This document shows positions 45,501 through 55,658 of a stretch of 64,000 nt of DNA, in pieces. Numbering within the stretch: the first letter of the stretch is position 1; each line of letters begins with the position of its first letter. The DNA comes from Mycoplasmatales bacterium. GTDB lineage: Bacteria > Bacillota_I > Bacilli_A > CBDATW01. Below the pieces are notes generated by a model. That model searched no databases. It saw only the letters and a program-made list of their open reading frames with translations, and was not told the DNA's origin. The position numbers and the translations under genes are program-made. The stretch spans positions 27,334-91,333 of the forward strand of contig OZ244030.1 of assembly GCA_965214965.1 (NCBI GenBank), given 5' to 3'.

Positions 45501-45720
45501 TTTATTTCCTATCATGTTGTACAAACATAATAAAACATCATTGTTAATGATTTGTTCTTTGTGTAAAGAGACCAAAATTCATCCATTTTTTGATCCATTC
45601 CTTAGGAAGTGTAGTGAACCTCTAAGAAATTCCGTTCTACTGCCTCTCCATAGCTTCGTTGCAACTACACTGCTCCACTATTTTATTTGCAATAGTACTT
45701 TATTACATTTATACTTAATT
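45501..45720 (-). promoter_or_regulatory. long structured 5' leader (candidate cis-regulatory RNA) upstream of the aminotransferase operon
   Basis: Visibly GC-enriched relative to its flanks. The minus-strand RNA has AGUGUAGU pairing with ACUACACU about 48 nt downstream. It also has UUCC-UAA-GGAA, GAUCAAAA/UUUUGGUC and AUCAUU-AAC-AAUGAU plus a U run, and a hairpin abutting the Shine-Dalgarno sequence. Confidence 0.45.
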
Positions 45721-45782
45721 ATTTTATCATTTTTAACTTATAAAATGAGTTTAAATTTTTAAAAATTATATAAAAATTTGCA

Positions 45783-45810
45783 AAACAAAAAAAGAACATT
45801 ACATGTTCTT
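45783..45810 (-). terminator. intrinsic terminator after ftsH
   Basis: aagaacat-tac-atgttctt is a perfect 8-bp stem. On the minus strand it is followed by a T run, 8 nt downstream of the ftsH stop. Confidence 0.65.
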
Positions 45811-45817
45811 TAATGTA

Positions 45818-47764
45818 TTATAAATCTAATGTTTGTTGTTTTTCTTTATCAAATTTCTTTTCAACTTCTTTTTTAGAAGCAGGTTTTGATGTTGGAGTTC
45901 CAACTATTTCCTTGGCAGGAGCTTTGTAAAATGGATCACCATGTTTGTCAATGTTTTCAATCATCTCTGCTGTAAGAGTTTCATATTTTAGAAGTGCTTC
46001 AGCAATTTCTTTTACTTTATCTTTATGCTTACTAATAATTTTATGAGCTGCCTTTTCACCTTCTCTAATTAATGCATTGATTTCTTGGTCAATTAGTTTA
46101 CCAACTTCTCCACCAAATTTATTTTCTGAGTGTTGTGGCTGCATACCAACAAATACTGGTCCTGCAGAAGATTCAATTTGTAGTGGCCCGACTTTTTCTG
46201 ACATTCCAAATTCTGTTACCATTCTTCTGGCAATAGCTGTAGCTTTTTTCAAGTCATCAGATGCACCAGTTGTAATGTGTTCTTTACCAAAATGGATTTC
46301 TTCAGAAATTCTACCACCAAGATATGAAGCAATTTTGTGTTTTAGTTGTTGTTTAGTTTGAATAAATGATTCTTCTTTAGGAGTCATCAGCACGTATCCA
46401 CCTGCTGCTCCTCTAGGAATAATTGTAACTTTTTGAACAATTTCTGCATCTGCAAGTTTAAGACCGATAATGGCATGTCCTGCTTCGTGGTAAGCTACAA
46501 GTCTTTGTGCTTTTTCATTTCTTTTCTTAGAAAGTTTAGCAGGTCCTCCAATAACTCTATCGATAGCTTCATCGATATGTTTTGCAGAAATCTTAGATGT
46601 TTTATCTCTAACAGATAGTAATGCTGCCTCATTTAGAGTATTTTCTAAATCAGCGCCAGAGAATCCTGGAGTTCTTCTAGCAATGAAATTAAAATTAACT
46701 TCTGTAGAAATCTTTTTGTTTTTTGAATGAACTTTTAGAATTTCTTCTCTAGCAATAACATCTGGTAGGTGTACAGTAATTTTTCTATCAAATCTACCTG
46801 GTCTTAGTAGAGCTGGGTCTAGAACATCTTCACGGTTAGTTGCCGCAATAATTATTATTCCTGAGTTTTTAGCAAACCCGTCCATTTCTACTAGAAGTTG
46901 GTTAAGTGTTTGTTCACGTTCATCGTGTCCTCCACCCATACCTGATCCACGGTGTCTACCAACTGCATCAATTTCATCAATGAAGATAATGCAAGGAGAG
47001 TTTTTCTTAGCTTCTTTAAACATACTTCTAACTCTAGATGCACCAACCCCGACAAACATCTCAACAAAGTCTGAACCTGAGATTGAGTAAAATGGAACTT
47101 TTGCTTCTCCAGCAACTGCTTTAGCAAGAAGTGTTTTACCAGTACCTGGAGGACCTACAAGAAGAACACCTTTTGGAACTCTGGCTCCTGCTTCTACATA
47201 TTTTCCTTTTTGTTTTAAGAAGTCAACTAGTTCTGCAAGTTCTTCTTTTTCTTCTTTGGCTCCAGCAACATCAGCAAATGTTGATTCTTCACCTTGTTGC
47301 AGTTTAGCTTTAGATTTTCCAAACTCAATACCTTTGTTAGGTCCATTTTTAGATAAGAACCTAATAATTAATAAAGCGGGTAGTAGAAAGATAAGTGCTT
47401 GTATTAAAATTCCTGTTCAGTTTCTATCATTTGGTTCTTCGATAACCACACCTGAAGCTGCGCTATCAACTTTTTTGTTTAGTTGAGTAACTAATTTATT
47501 GTAGTTTGCTTCTGTATTTGGATAAGTAGTTGCAAAATCAACTCATTTCCCATCTTGGATGATTTTCCCTGTAACTTTAATAAGTTTATCTTTAGGAATA
47601 ATTGTTATATCCTTAAATTTATTTTCTGATGTTTCTGCAATAGTTTTTTCAAATTGTGATTGGTTATATTTAACAACAGTAGTATTTAATCTTGTCAAAT
47701 ATAAACCTAAAGATAGAAACATTAAAAATGTCACTAGTGGCATTAAGCTTCTTTTTCTTTGCAT
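45818..47764 (-). CDS. ftsH: ATP-dependent zinc metalloprotease FtsH
   Basis: ORFs 45818..47059 and 47543..47764 plus an unlisted middle part are in frame. [13 protein letters not shown] Walker [10 protein letters not shown] Walker B, and the HEAGHA zinc site. 648 aa. Confidence 0.97.
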
Positions 47765-48693
47765 TATTTTTTCTCCTTAGTAATGTAGTAATAATTATGG
47801 TCTTTTTTTAATCTAAAATTATTGGCCAAATCAAGATAAGCAATTGGCTTTTTAGTTTTCTTGTTAAAACTAATAATTTCCCCAATAATTTTTTTATTAA
47901 TTCTTGAAACCGGGTATCTATTTTCTTTCAAATACGAATAAATTATAATGGTTATTTGCATTTTTGGCAAATTAAATACTTCATCTGAAATCTTATTATG
48001 AAAAATTAACTCGTCATTAAGTTTTTCACAAACTTTAAATAGTGCTTTACTTTTTTTGTTTTGTGCTTCTATTTCTAATAAGATTGATTTCTTTTTTAAC
48101 CATGAAATGTTAGATAAAATGTTGTTTCTAATAAAGTTTCTTTTGTAAATGTTTTTGCTATTTGTTTCATCTTCATTTCATTTAACATCATTAATTTTAG
48201 CATATTTTAAAATATCTTTTTTTGAAACATTTAACATCGGCCTTATAACTGTCATTGCTAAAACTTCTCTTATATATTGAAGTCCGTAATGTTGAACCAC
48301 AATATTTCTTTCTTTTTGTAGTAGATATGTTTCTAAATGATCATCTTGGTGATGTCCAAGCATTATAACATTAATACCAGTAGCTCTGGAAATCTCTTTG
48401 TAAAATTTAAATCTTTCTCTTCTAGCTTCATTTTGAATATTACCTGATATTGGCTTTACTATACTTTTATAATGAACTTTAATATTTTTAGGTTTACAAT
48501 AATCTTCAATTAACTTATAATCTTGGTCTGAGTTTTTTCTGATGTTGTAATTAACATGTACTACTTCTATAAAATATCCAACTTTATATAAAACATCTAG
48601 TAGCACCATAGAATCAACACCACCAGAAACACCGATAATTATCTTTGTGTCTTTACTAGGTAATTGCCTTTTTATTTTTTTAATAATATCCAT
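47764..48693 (-). CDS. tilS: tRNA(Ile)-lysidine synthase
   Basis: The N-terminal piece 48178..48693 carries SGGVDSMVLL (PP-loop). It is in frame with 47764..47970. The stop overlaps the ftsH ATG (TAATG). Confidence 0.9.
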
Positions 48694-49232
48694 TAGTTAA
48701 ACCTATTCATAATTTCTAATGTATCTTCTTTAATAAAAAGATCAATAATTGTACAAGCTGATTCTAAAATTTCATTTTTTGTATCTAATTCATCTTTTTT
48801 AAATTTAGAAAGAACTCATTTTGAAAGTTCATATCTTTTATCAAATCCTACACCAAGCTTTGTTCTTCAAAATTGGTCAGTTCCCAATTTTATAATAATA
48901 TCCTTAACTCCGTTTTGTCCACCTGATGATCCACTAAACTTTGTTCTAATTTTTCCAAACTCTAATGAAACATCATCATAAACAATTAAAATATCTTCTA
49001 GCTTAATTTTGTAAAACTTGACCACTTCTGCTACTGCATCACCAGAAAGGTTCATAAATGTTTGTGGTTTAAGTAGTATGAAACCATTACTTTTATAAAA
49101 AAATGATTTATGTTTTTTTAAAAATTTAATATTATTTTTTTGAGCAAATAAATCTAATGATTCAAAACCAATATTATGTCTTGTGTTATTAAATTTATCT
49201 CCTGGATTTCCTAGTCCAATAATTAGTTTCAT
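48693..49232 (-). CDS. pth: peptidyl-tRNA hydrolase
   Basis: MKLIIGLGNPG...TRHNIGF N-terminus. Reads through TGAs to TAA at 48693-48695, which overlaps the tilS ATG. 179 aa. Confidence 0.93.
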
Positions 49233-49865
49233 TTATAATTCCTTTTTATTAATACAGTTTTGTACAAGTGCACTGCACCCTGTGCATACAAATACTTCTT
49301 TATCTATTATATCGACCTTAATTTTATCTTTTTTATTTTTGCAACTTCCAATGCCAGCTTCTTTTACAGCTAATTTAATTTGATCAACAAAGTTTTCTTT
49401 TTCTTTAACTTGCACAATTGCTTGTGCAGCAATTGCTTTGCCTTTACCAATAGCATCTTGTAATTCATTTGTTGTAGCTTTAACATTTACTCGCAAGCAA
49501 TTAGTAATCTTAGAAATATTTTCTTGCATCATAAGTCTATGAGGTCTTATTATAATGTTTTGGCATATTATTAGTGAGTCAATATTTACAACTTCATATC
49601 CTCTTTTATTAAGTAAATCTATTGCATAAGCAAGGAGTTCTTGAGAATCACTGTTAGGTCAATAAATATATTCTTTTGCAAAGTGAGTTCCTAGGTCTCC
49701 TTCATTAATTGAACCAAATATTGCTTCAATAATGGCATGAAGTAAAACGTCAGCATCACTTTCTCCAATAAGTCCAACGTTTTCTTTAATTTCTACTCCA
49801 CCTAGAATTAATCTTCTACCTGGCACTAGTTGATGTAAATCATGTGATTGCCCAATTAGATACAT
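49233..49865 (-). CDS. ispF: 2-C-methyl-D-erythritol 2,4-cyclodiphosphate synthase-like protein with a 55-aa Cys-containing C-terminal extension
   Basis: ORFs 49659..49895 and 49233..49532 were joined codon by codon through TGA at 49659. [20 protein letters not shown] and VKATTNE motifs. The start is at the ATG at 49863-49865 after AGAGGG. 210 aa, versus about 155-160 aa typical for this family. Confidence 0.8.
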
Positions 49866-49952
49866 AATGCCCTCTTTTCTTATATATTTTAACATATATT
49901 AGGGCATTAAAAAATCTACCAAAGTAGAAATTTGATTTAATTATTTTTTCTT

Positions 49953-50150
49953 TAGTTTAAATAAGACGATATCTATATCTTGCATTAAAAGATCACTTAC
50001 CAGCATTTTTAACTGTTTGTTCACTTGCTAATTAAACAAAGTCATTATATTTCATTACTTCTGCTATAATAAATACCTTTTCAAAATAGTGTGAATAACT
50101 CCTGCACACTGAAAAAACAAAATATCTCTTTCTAAATGTTAAAGCCTTTA
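49953..50150 (-). pseudogene. relic copy 1 of the ychF 3' end
   Basis: Colinear with 52806-53025 (atcacttaccagcat[t/c]tttaactg[t/c]ttgttcactt...). Carries a deletion and in-frame stops (taattaaac). Confidence 0.7.
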
Positions 50151-50159
50151 TTTTTTATT

Positions 50160-50765
50160 TTATTCTATATTTTTAATGAATTTTTCTAATTCTAAACCAT
50201 TTTTTAAATCTAAATATTTTTTCATTATTTCTTCTTTAAATTTTGAATGTATGTTGTCATCACTTTCTAACGATTGTATTTTTAGATTTAAATAATTTTT
50301 AGATTTAAAAAATAAATCCTGAATATACAAAGAATAAGCATAAGCAGCTCGCTCATGAGCTTGGGAGAAAGTTTCTCCTGAATTTTCTAACTTAATTTTA
50401 TAAATTAAATGATACATAGTTAAATATGATAATTGCCATACATTTAAAAATTTAGAATTTCGCTCAACAAGATGAAAACTTCCACTAGTATCAGAATCAA
50501 TAGTGTAACTAGTGTAATTTTTTCCTGTTTTGGAGTTTTTATTTTTATTTTTGATGTTTATGAAGCCTAAATCTTGATGATTTGGTAATTGTTTTTCAGC
50601 TAAACTAAACACTTCTGAAATAAGTTTAGTTTCAATATGGGAATCATTTTTAAATTTAATTGCTTTTCCTTTTGTAAATTTTGGCATAAAAGAAATAGTT
50701 GCAACTAATAAGGCAATCATAGATATAAAGATAATAATATATTTTTTAATATTTGAATTTTTCAT
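50160..50765 (-). CDS. signal-anchored paralog family protein, copy 1 (201 aa)
   Basis: MKNSNIKKYIIIFISMIALLVATISF is a hydrophobic N-terminus with no lipobox Cys. Shares a conserved C-terminus, KFKEEIMKKYLDLKNGLELEKFIKNIE, with copy 2. Confidence 0.75.
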   Translation of the reverse strand: MKNSNIKKYIIIFISMIALLVATISFMPKFTKGKAIKFKNDSHIETKLISEVFSLAEKQLPNHQDLGFINIKNKNKNSKTGKNYTSYTIDSDTSGSFHLVERNSKFLNVWQLSYLTMYHLIYKIKLENSGETFSQAHERAAYAYSLYIQDLFFKSKNYLNLKIQSLESDDNIHSKFKEEIMKKYLDLKNGLELEKFIKNIE

Positions 50766-50855
50766 TTGTTTTATTTTTTCTCTTTTTTATCTTACCATAT
50801 ATTTATATTATTAAATAAAATTTTTATCAATATAAATAAAAATATTTTTTAATGT

Positions 50856-51052
50856 TGGATTTAAATAAGACAATATCTTTATCTTGCATTAAAAGATCGC
50901 TTACCAGCATTTTTAACTGTTTGTTCACTTGCTAATTAAACAAAGTCATTATATTTCATTACTTCTGCTATAATAAATGCCTTTTCAAAATAGTGTGAAT
51001 AACTCCTGCACACTGAAAAAACAAAATATCTCTTTCTAAATGTTAAAGCCTT
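50856..51052 (-). pseudogene. relic copy 2 of the ychF 3' end
   Basis: Near-identical to relic 1 and colinear with the true ychF 3' end. Confidence 0.7.
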
Positions 51053-51063
51053 TATTTTTTATT

Positions 51064-51669
51064 TTATTCTATATTTTTAATGAATTTTTCTAATTCTAAA
51101 CCATTTTTTAAATCTAAATATTTTTTCATTATTTCTTCTTTAAATTTTGAATATATGTGGTCGTCACTTTCTAACGATTGTATTTGATAATTTAAATAAG
51201 TTTTAGATTTAAAAAATAAATCCAGAATATACAAAGAATAAGCATAAGCAGCTCGCTGATGAGCTTGGGAGAAATTTTCTCCTGAATTTTCTAACTTAAT
51301 TTTATAAATTAAATGATACATAGTTAAATTTGATAGTTGTAATACATTTTGAAATTTAGAATCTTGCTCAATAATATGAAAACTTCCACTAGTATCAGAA
51401 TCAACAGTATAACTTGTGCTACTTTTTCCTGTTTTGGAGTTTTTAATTTCATTTTTAATGTTTATGAAGCCTAAATCTTGATGATTTGGTAATTGTTTTT
51501 CAACTAAATTAAACACTTCTGAAATAAGTTTAGTTTCAATATGGGAATCATTTTTAAATTTAATTGCCTTTCCTTTTGTAGATTTTGGCATAAAAGAAAT
51601 AGTTGTAATTAATAAGGCAATCATAGATATAAAGATAATAATATATTTTTTAATATTTGAATTTTTCAT
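51064..51669 (-). CDS. signal-anchored paralog family protein, copy 2 (201 aa)
   Basis: Same length and ends as copy 1, with substitutions concentrated in the central third. It lies 904 nt from copy 1. Confidence 0.75.
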   Translation of the reverse strand: MKNSNIKKYIIIFISMIALLITTISFMPKSTKGKAIKFKNDSHIETKLISEVFNLVEKQLPNHQDLGFINIKNEIKNSKTGKSSTSYTVDSDTSGSFHIIEQDSKFQNVLQLSNLTMYHLIYKIKLENSGENFSQAHQRAAYAYSLYILDLFFKSKTYLNYQIQSLESDDHIYSKFKEEIMKKYLDLKNGLELEKFIKNIE

Positions 51670-51757
51670 TTGTTTTATTTTTTCCCTTTTTTATCTTACC
51701 ATATATTTATGCTATTAAATAAAATTTTTATCAATATAAATAAAATATTTTTAATAT

Positions 51758-51965
51758 TGAATTTAAATAAGACAATATCTTTATCTTGCATTAAAAGATA
51801 ACTTACCAACATTTTTAACTGTTTGTTCACTTGCTAATTAAACAAAGTCATTATATTTAATAACTTCTGCCATAATAAATACTGTTTCAAAATAGTGTGA
51901 ATAACTTTTGCACACTGAAAGAGCAAAATATTCCTTTCTAAATTTTCAAGTTCTTACTTTTTTTA
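51758..51965 (-). pseudogene. relic copy 3 of the ychF 3' end
   Basis: Colinear with 52806-53040. More diverged than relics 1 and 2. Confidence 0.65.
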
Positions 51966-52023
51966 TTTTATATTTTTCTTATGTACTTAATTAATTTTTC
52001 TAATTCTAAAACATTTTTTAAAT

Positions 52024-52740
52024 CTAAATATGTTTTTTTAATTTTTCTGTTAATTTTTCTGCAGAATCTACAATAGATTTCTCAAATAAAATTGATTTTT
52101 TTATATCTTTAATGAACATTTCTAATTTTAAACCATTTTTTAAATCTAAATATTTTTTCATTATTTCTTTTTTAAATTTTGAATCTGGATTGCTGTTATT
52201 TTCTAATGATTCTATTTTATAATTTAAATAAGTTTTAGATTTAAAAAATAAATCCTGAATATACAAAGCATAAGCATAGGCAGCTACTTCATCAGTTTTG
52301 GTAAAATCGCTTCCTACATTTTCTAACTCTAGATTACTTCATCCTCATCCTATATCTATTTTATAAATTAAATGATACATAGTTAAATATGACAATTGCC
52401 ATACTTTTTCAAATTCTGAAGTTTTAGATTTATCTGCAGTAATATAAAAACTTCCACTAGTATCAGAATCAAAAATATATTCCATGGAATAATTATCCTT
52501 TGTTTTGGAGTTTTTAATTTTGTTTTTAATTTTTACAAAGCCTAAATCTTGATAATTTGGTAATTGTTTTTCAACTAGACTAAACACTTCTGAAATAAGT
52601 TTAGTTTCAATATTGGAATCATTTTTAAATTTAATTGCCTTTTCTTTTGTAGATTTTGGTATAGAAAAAATAGTTGCAACTAATAAGGCAATCATAGATA
52701 TAAAGATAATAATATATTTTTTAATATTTGAATTTTTCAT
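52024..52740 (-). CDS. signal-anchored paralog family protein, copy 3 (238 aa, diverged and extended)
   Basis: ORFs 52345..52740 and 52024..52266 are in frame and joined by TGAs. Same N-terminus as copies 1 and 2, with an insertion in the middle and a different C-terminal tail. Confidence 0.7.
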
Positions 52741-52805
52741 TTTTTTATTTTACTTTTATATTTATACTATTAAATAAAATTTTTATCAATATAAATAAAA
52801 TATTT

Positions 52806-53909
52806 TTAAATATTGAATCTAAATAAGACAATATCTCCATCTTGCATTAAGTAATCTTTACCTTCAGAAGATCACTTACCAGCATCTTTAACTGCTTGTT
52901 CACTTCCTAATTCAACAAAGTCACTATATTTCATGACTTCTGCTCTAATAAATCCTTTTTCAAAATCAGTATGAATAACTCCAGCACACTGAGGAGCAAA
53001 ATATCCCTTTCTAAATGTTCAGGCTCTTACTTCTTTTTTGCCTGCGGTAAAAAACGTTTGTAAATCAAGAAGCGAATATGAAGTTTTAATTAATTTATCT
53101 AGTCCAGACTCACTAATTCCTAAATCTTCCATGAATAATTTTCTATCTTCATCATGTAAAATAGCAATTTCTGATTCAATTTTAGCAGAAATAGAAATAA
53201 TAGCTGAGTTGTTTTCTTTGGCAAATTCTTTTAATTTTTGGTAATGCTTATTTGATGAAGGATTAACTAAATGCTCTTCTGCTACATTAGCTACATAAAG
53301 CATTGGTTTAATTGTAATTAAGTTTAATGGTTTAATATATTTTAGTTCATCTGTTTCTAGTAGAAGTGAATTAATTAATTTTCCTTCTTTTAAATGATTT
53401 AAAACTTTTTTAAATGTTGCCACTTCTTTTCTAAGACTGCTATCATTAGTTACAAAAGCTTTCTTTTCAATTTTATATAAAACTTTTTGAATAACATCTT
53501 CATCTTTTAATATAAGTTCTAGATTAATGATTTCTGCATCTCTTACAGGATTAATTGTTGTTTCAACATGAGTAATGGATGAATCATCAAAACATCTAAC
53601 AACGTGGCAAATTGCATCAGTGTTTTTAATGTTTTCTAAAAATTTGTTTCCAAGACCTTCACCTTTAGATGCTCCTTTTACTAATCCAGCAATATCTGTA
53701 AAAGTAAATGTGGTTGGTAAAACTTTTTCTGGAACTACAATTGATGCAAGCTTTTCAAGCCTTGCATCTGGTAGTTCAACAACACCTACATTTGGATCAA
53801 TTGTTGCAAATGGATAGTTAGCAGCTTCTACTTGTGATTTAGTAATAGCATTGAATAATGTTGATTTCCCCACGTTGGGCAGACCAACAATTCCAGCAGT
53901 TAAAGCCAT
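52806..53909 (-). CDS. ychF: ribosome-binding ATPase YchF
   Basis: [17 protein letters not shown]1 motif. ORF 53019..53909 reads through TGAs to TAA at 52806-52808 (...[13 protein letters not shown]). 367 aa. Confidence 0.95.
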
Positions 53910-53942
53910 AGTTTTATCCTTTTATTATTTTTATTAGTTTTA

Positions 53943-54587
53943 TTAGTTTTCAATATATAATTCATTTGTGTTTAGTCAGCCATCATTATATAAAGCGTCC
54001 ATATAATATGATCTATTTTCCTCAATTGAGTTATATAAAAATGTTTTCAATAGACTTTCTATTTCTGCCGCAACTTTTCTATGCCTGCTATTGTCTGGTG
54101 AATTTGAGTGATATATAAAATATTCTAATTCAGCATTTAGTTTGATATATTCCTCTTCTGACAAATAAAATCCTTTTCCTGGTCAATTAGTTATCTTAGA
54201 TGCGGTATATATTGTTTGTCCTCTAACGGAAGTCAAAATTTTATATTTAAGATTGTTGAATTCTTTTCAATCAATGACTAATTCACTACATATTGTTTCA
54301 ACTTTTTCTAAATTACATTTATAGTCATAAATGTATGTCGATATTCCTGATAAACTCAAACTTTCGATTAGTTTCTTATTTGTTCATTCTGAATAAGTGT
54401 TTTGAATTTTAAATGATTTTCTAAAAGCGGTTTCTTGTTCTTGCTTCTTTATTTCTTGTTCTAGTATTTTAGCAGCATTTGCTGCTACTGTCTTGGCTTT
54501 TATGTAATCAATGGTAAAAATTGATAATATAAAAGTTATAATAATAAGGCATGTTGTAATAATTCATTTGTGTAGTTTGTTTTTCAT
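53943..54587 (-). CDS. hypothetical membrane-anchored protein (214 aa)
   Basis: From the ATG at 54585-54587, MKNKLHKWIITTCLIIITFILSIFTI is a single N-terminal TM segment. In frame with ORF 53976..54164. TAA at 53943-53945. Confidence 0.55.
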
Positions 54588-54591
54588 AATA

Positions 54592-54771
54592 TTATCCTTT
54601 TATTCTCTTTAATTTTTTTTCAAAATTTAATCTTGGTATTATAACTATTGACTGGCATCCCATACATTTTGTTTTAACATCAATTCCAAGTCTTAAAACC
54701 AAAAATTCATTTGACTTGTGACATGGATGTTGTTTTTTCATAACTACAATTGAGTTAACTTGCAGTTGCAC
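54592..54771 (-). CDS. DUF951-family small protein
   Basis: ...VVMKKQHPCHKSNEFLVLRLGIDVKTKCMGCQSIVIIPRLNFEKKLKRIKG fits the HPC...C..C pattern of DUF951 proteins, which are found next to parB and ychF in Firmicutes. The start is uncertain: either GTG at 54769-54771, overlapping the parB stop, or the ATG at 54739-54741. Confidence 0.6.
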   Translation of the reverse strand: MQLQVNSIVVMKKQHPCHKSNEFLVLRLGIDVKTKCMGCQSIVIIPRLNFEKKLKRIKG

Positions 54772-55658
54772 TATTTTTCTAATGCCCCCATTTCTTCAAG
54801 AATTCTATTTAGATCGCTTGTTGAAATGTAAGAGATAACAATAGTTTTATTTTTAATAGAAACTTTTGTATTTAGTTTTTCTCTAATAAGTTTTTCTGCA
54901 TACTCAATATTAACTGATTTTTTAATTTTATATTTTTTAAGTGATTTTGATCTTCATTTTTTAACTAGTGATTCTAAAGCTCTAACTGATAGTTTTTCTT
55001 TTTGAGCTTTTTTAGCAAAATCAATCATATCGCTTTGTTGTTCAAGTGAAAGAAGAACCTTACCATGACCTACTGATAGTTTTTTATCAAGAATTGCTTG
55101 TTGAACTATTTTTGGAAGTTTAAGAAGTCTTAACAAATTGGTGATATATGTTCTTGATTTAGAAAGTTTTTTAGCTAAATCTTCTTGTGTAAGATTATGT
55201 TTTACAATTAGTGCTTGGCAAGCTTGTGCTTCTTCAATTCCACTTAGATCTTCTCTTTGAATGTTTTCAATCAAAGCCAGTTCTTGCATTGTATCTAAAT
55301 CAAGAGAAGCTACAATAGCTTTAATCTTTTTAGATTTAAATAATTTGTGTGCTCTTAATCTTCTTTCACCAGCAACAAGTATATAACCCTTCCCTTCTTT
55401 AACAACTGTAACAGGTGATAGTAGTCCATATTTTATAATTGAATCGGAAAGTTCTTTGATGTTATCTTTATCAAAAATTCTTCTTGGTTGATATGGATTT
55501 GGTTTTATTTTGTTGATATCAATTTCCATTACACCTGCAATATTTGCTTCTGTTACCTTTTTACCTGAAAAGTTTTCGATATCATTCATTGCTTCTTTTA
55601 GATCAGACCCAAAGATTCCGTCTAATCCTAGTTTTTTAACTTTTTTTACTTTACTCAT
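54771..55658 (-). CDS. parB: chromosome partitioning protein ParB/Spo0J
   Basis: PNPYQPRR and LVAGERRLRA motifs. The track stop at 54954 is TGA; TAG is at 54771-54773. 295 aa. Confidence 0.93.

Noticed and set aside
45501-45575. N-terminal extension of the aminotransferase (MVSLHKEQIINNDVLLCLYNMIGNK) implied by track ORF 45222..45575.
   Set aside because: It starts at a non-ATG codon inside the structured leader. The internal ATG at 45498-45500 has a proper AGGAA Shine-Dalgarno sequence and gives the canonical ILLTPGP N-terminus.
45560-45700. Attempt to name the aminotransferase leader as a glycine, SAM-I or T-box element, because it contains AUGGAGAGGCAG.
   Set aside because: The remaining consensus blocks are absent: CCGAAGG..GCAA, the SAM junction, and the T-box GGUGGUACC. 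It is kept only as an unclassified structured leader.
49953-52806. Periodic repeats that might suggest a CRISPR-like array.
   Set aside because: The period is about 900 bp and each unit encodes a full protein. This is tandem gene duplication.
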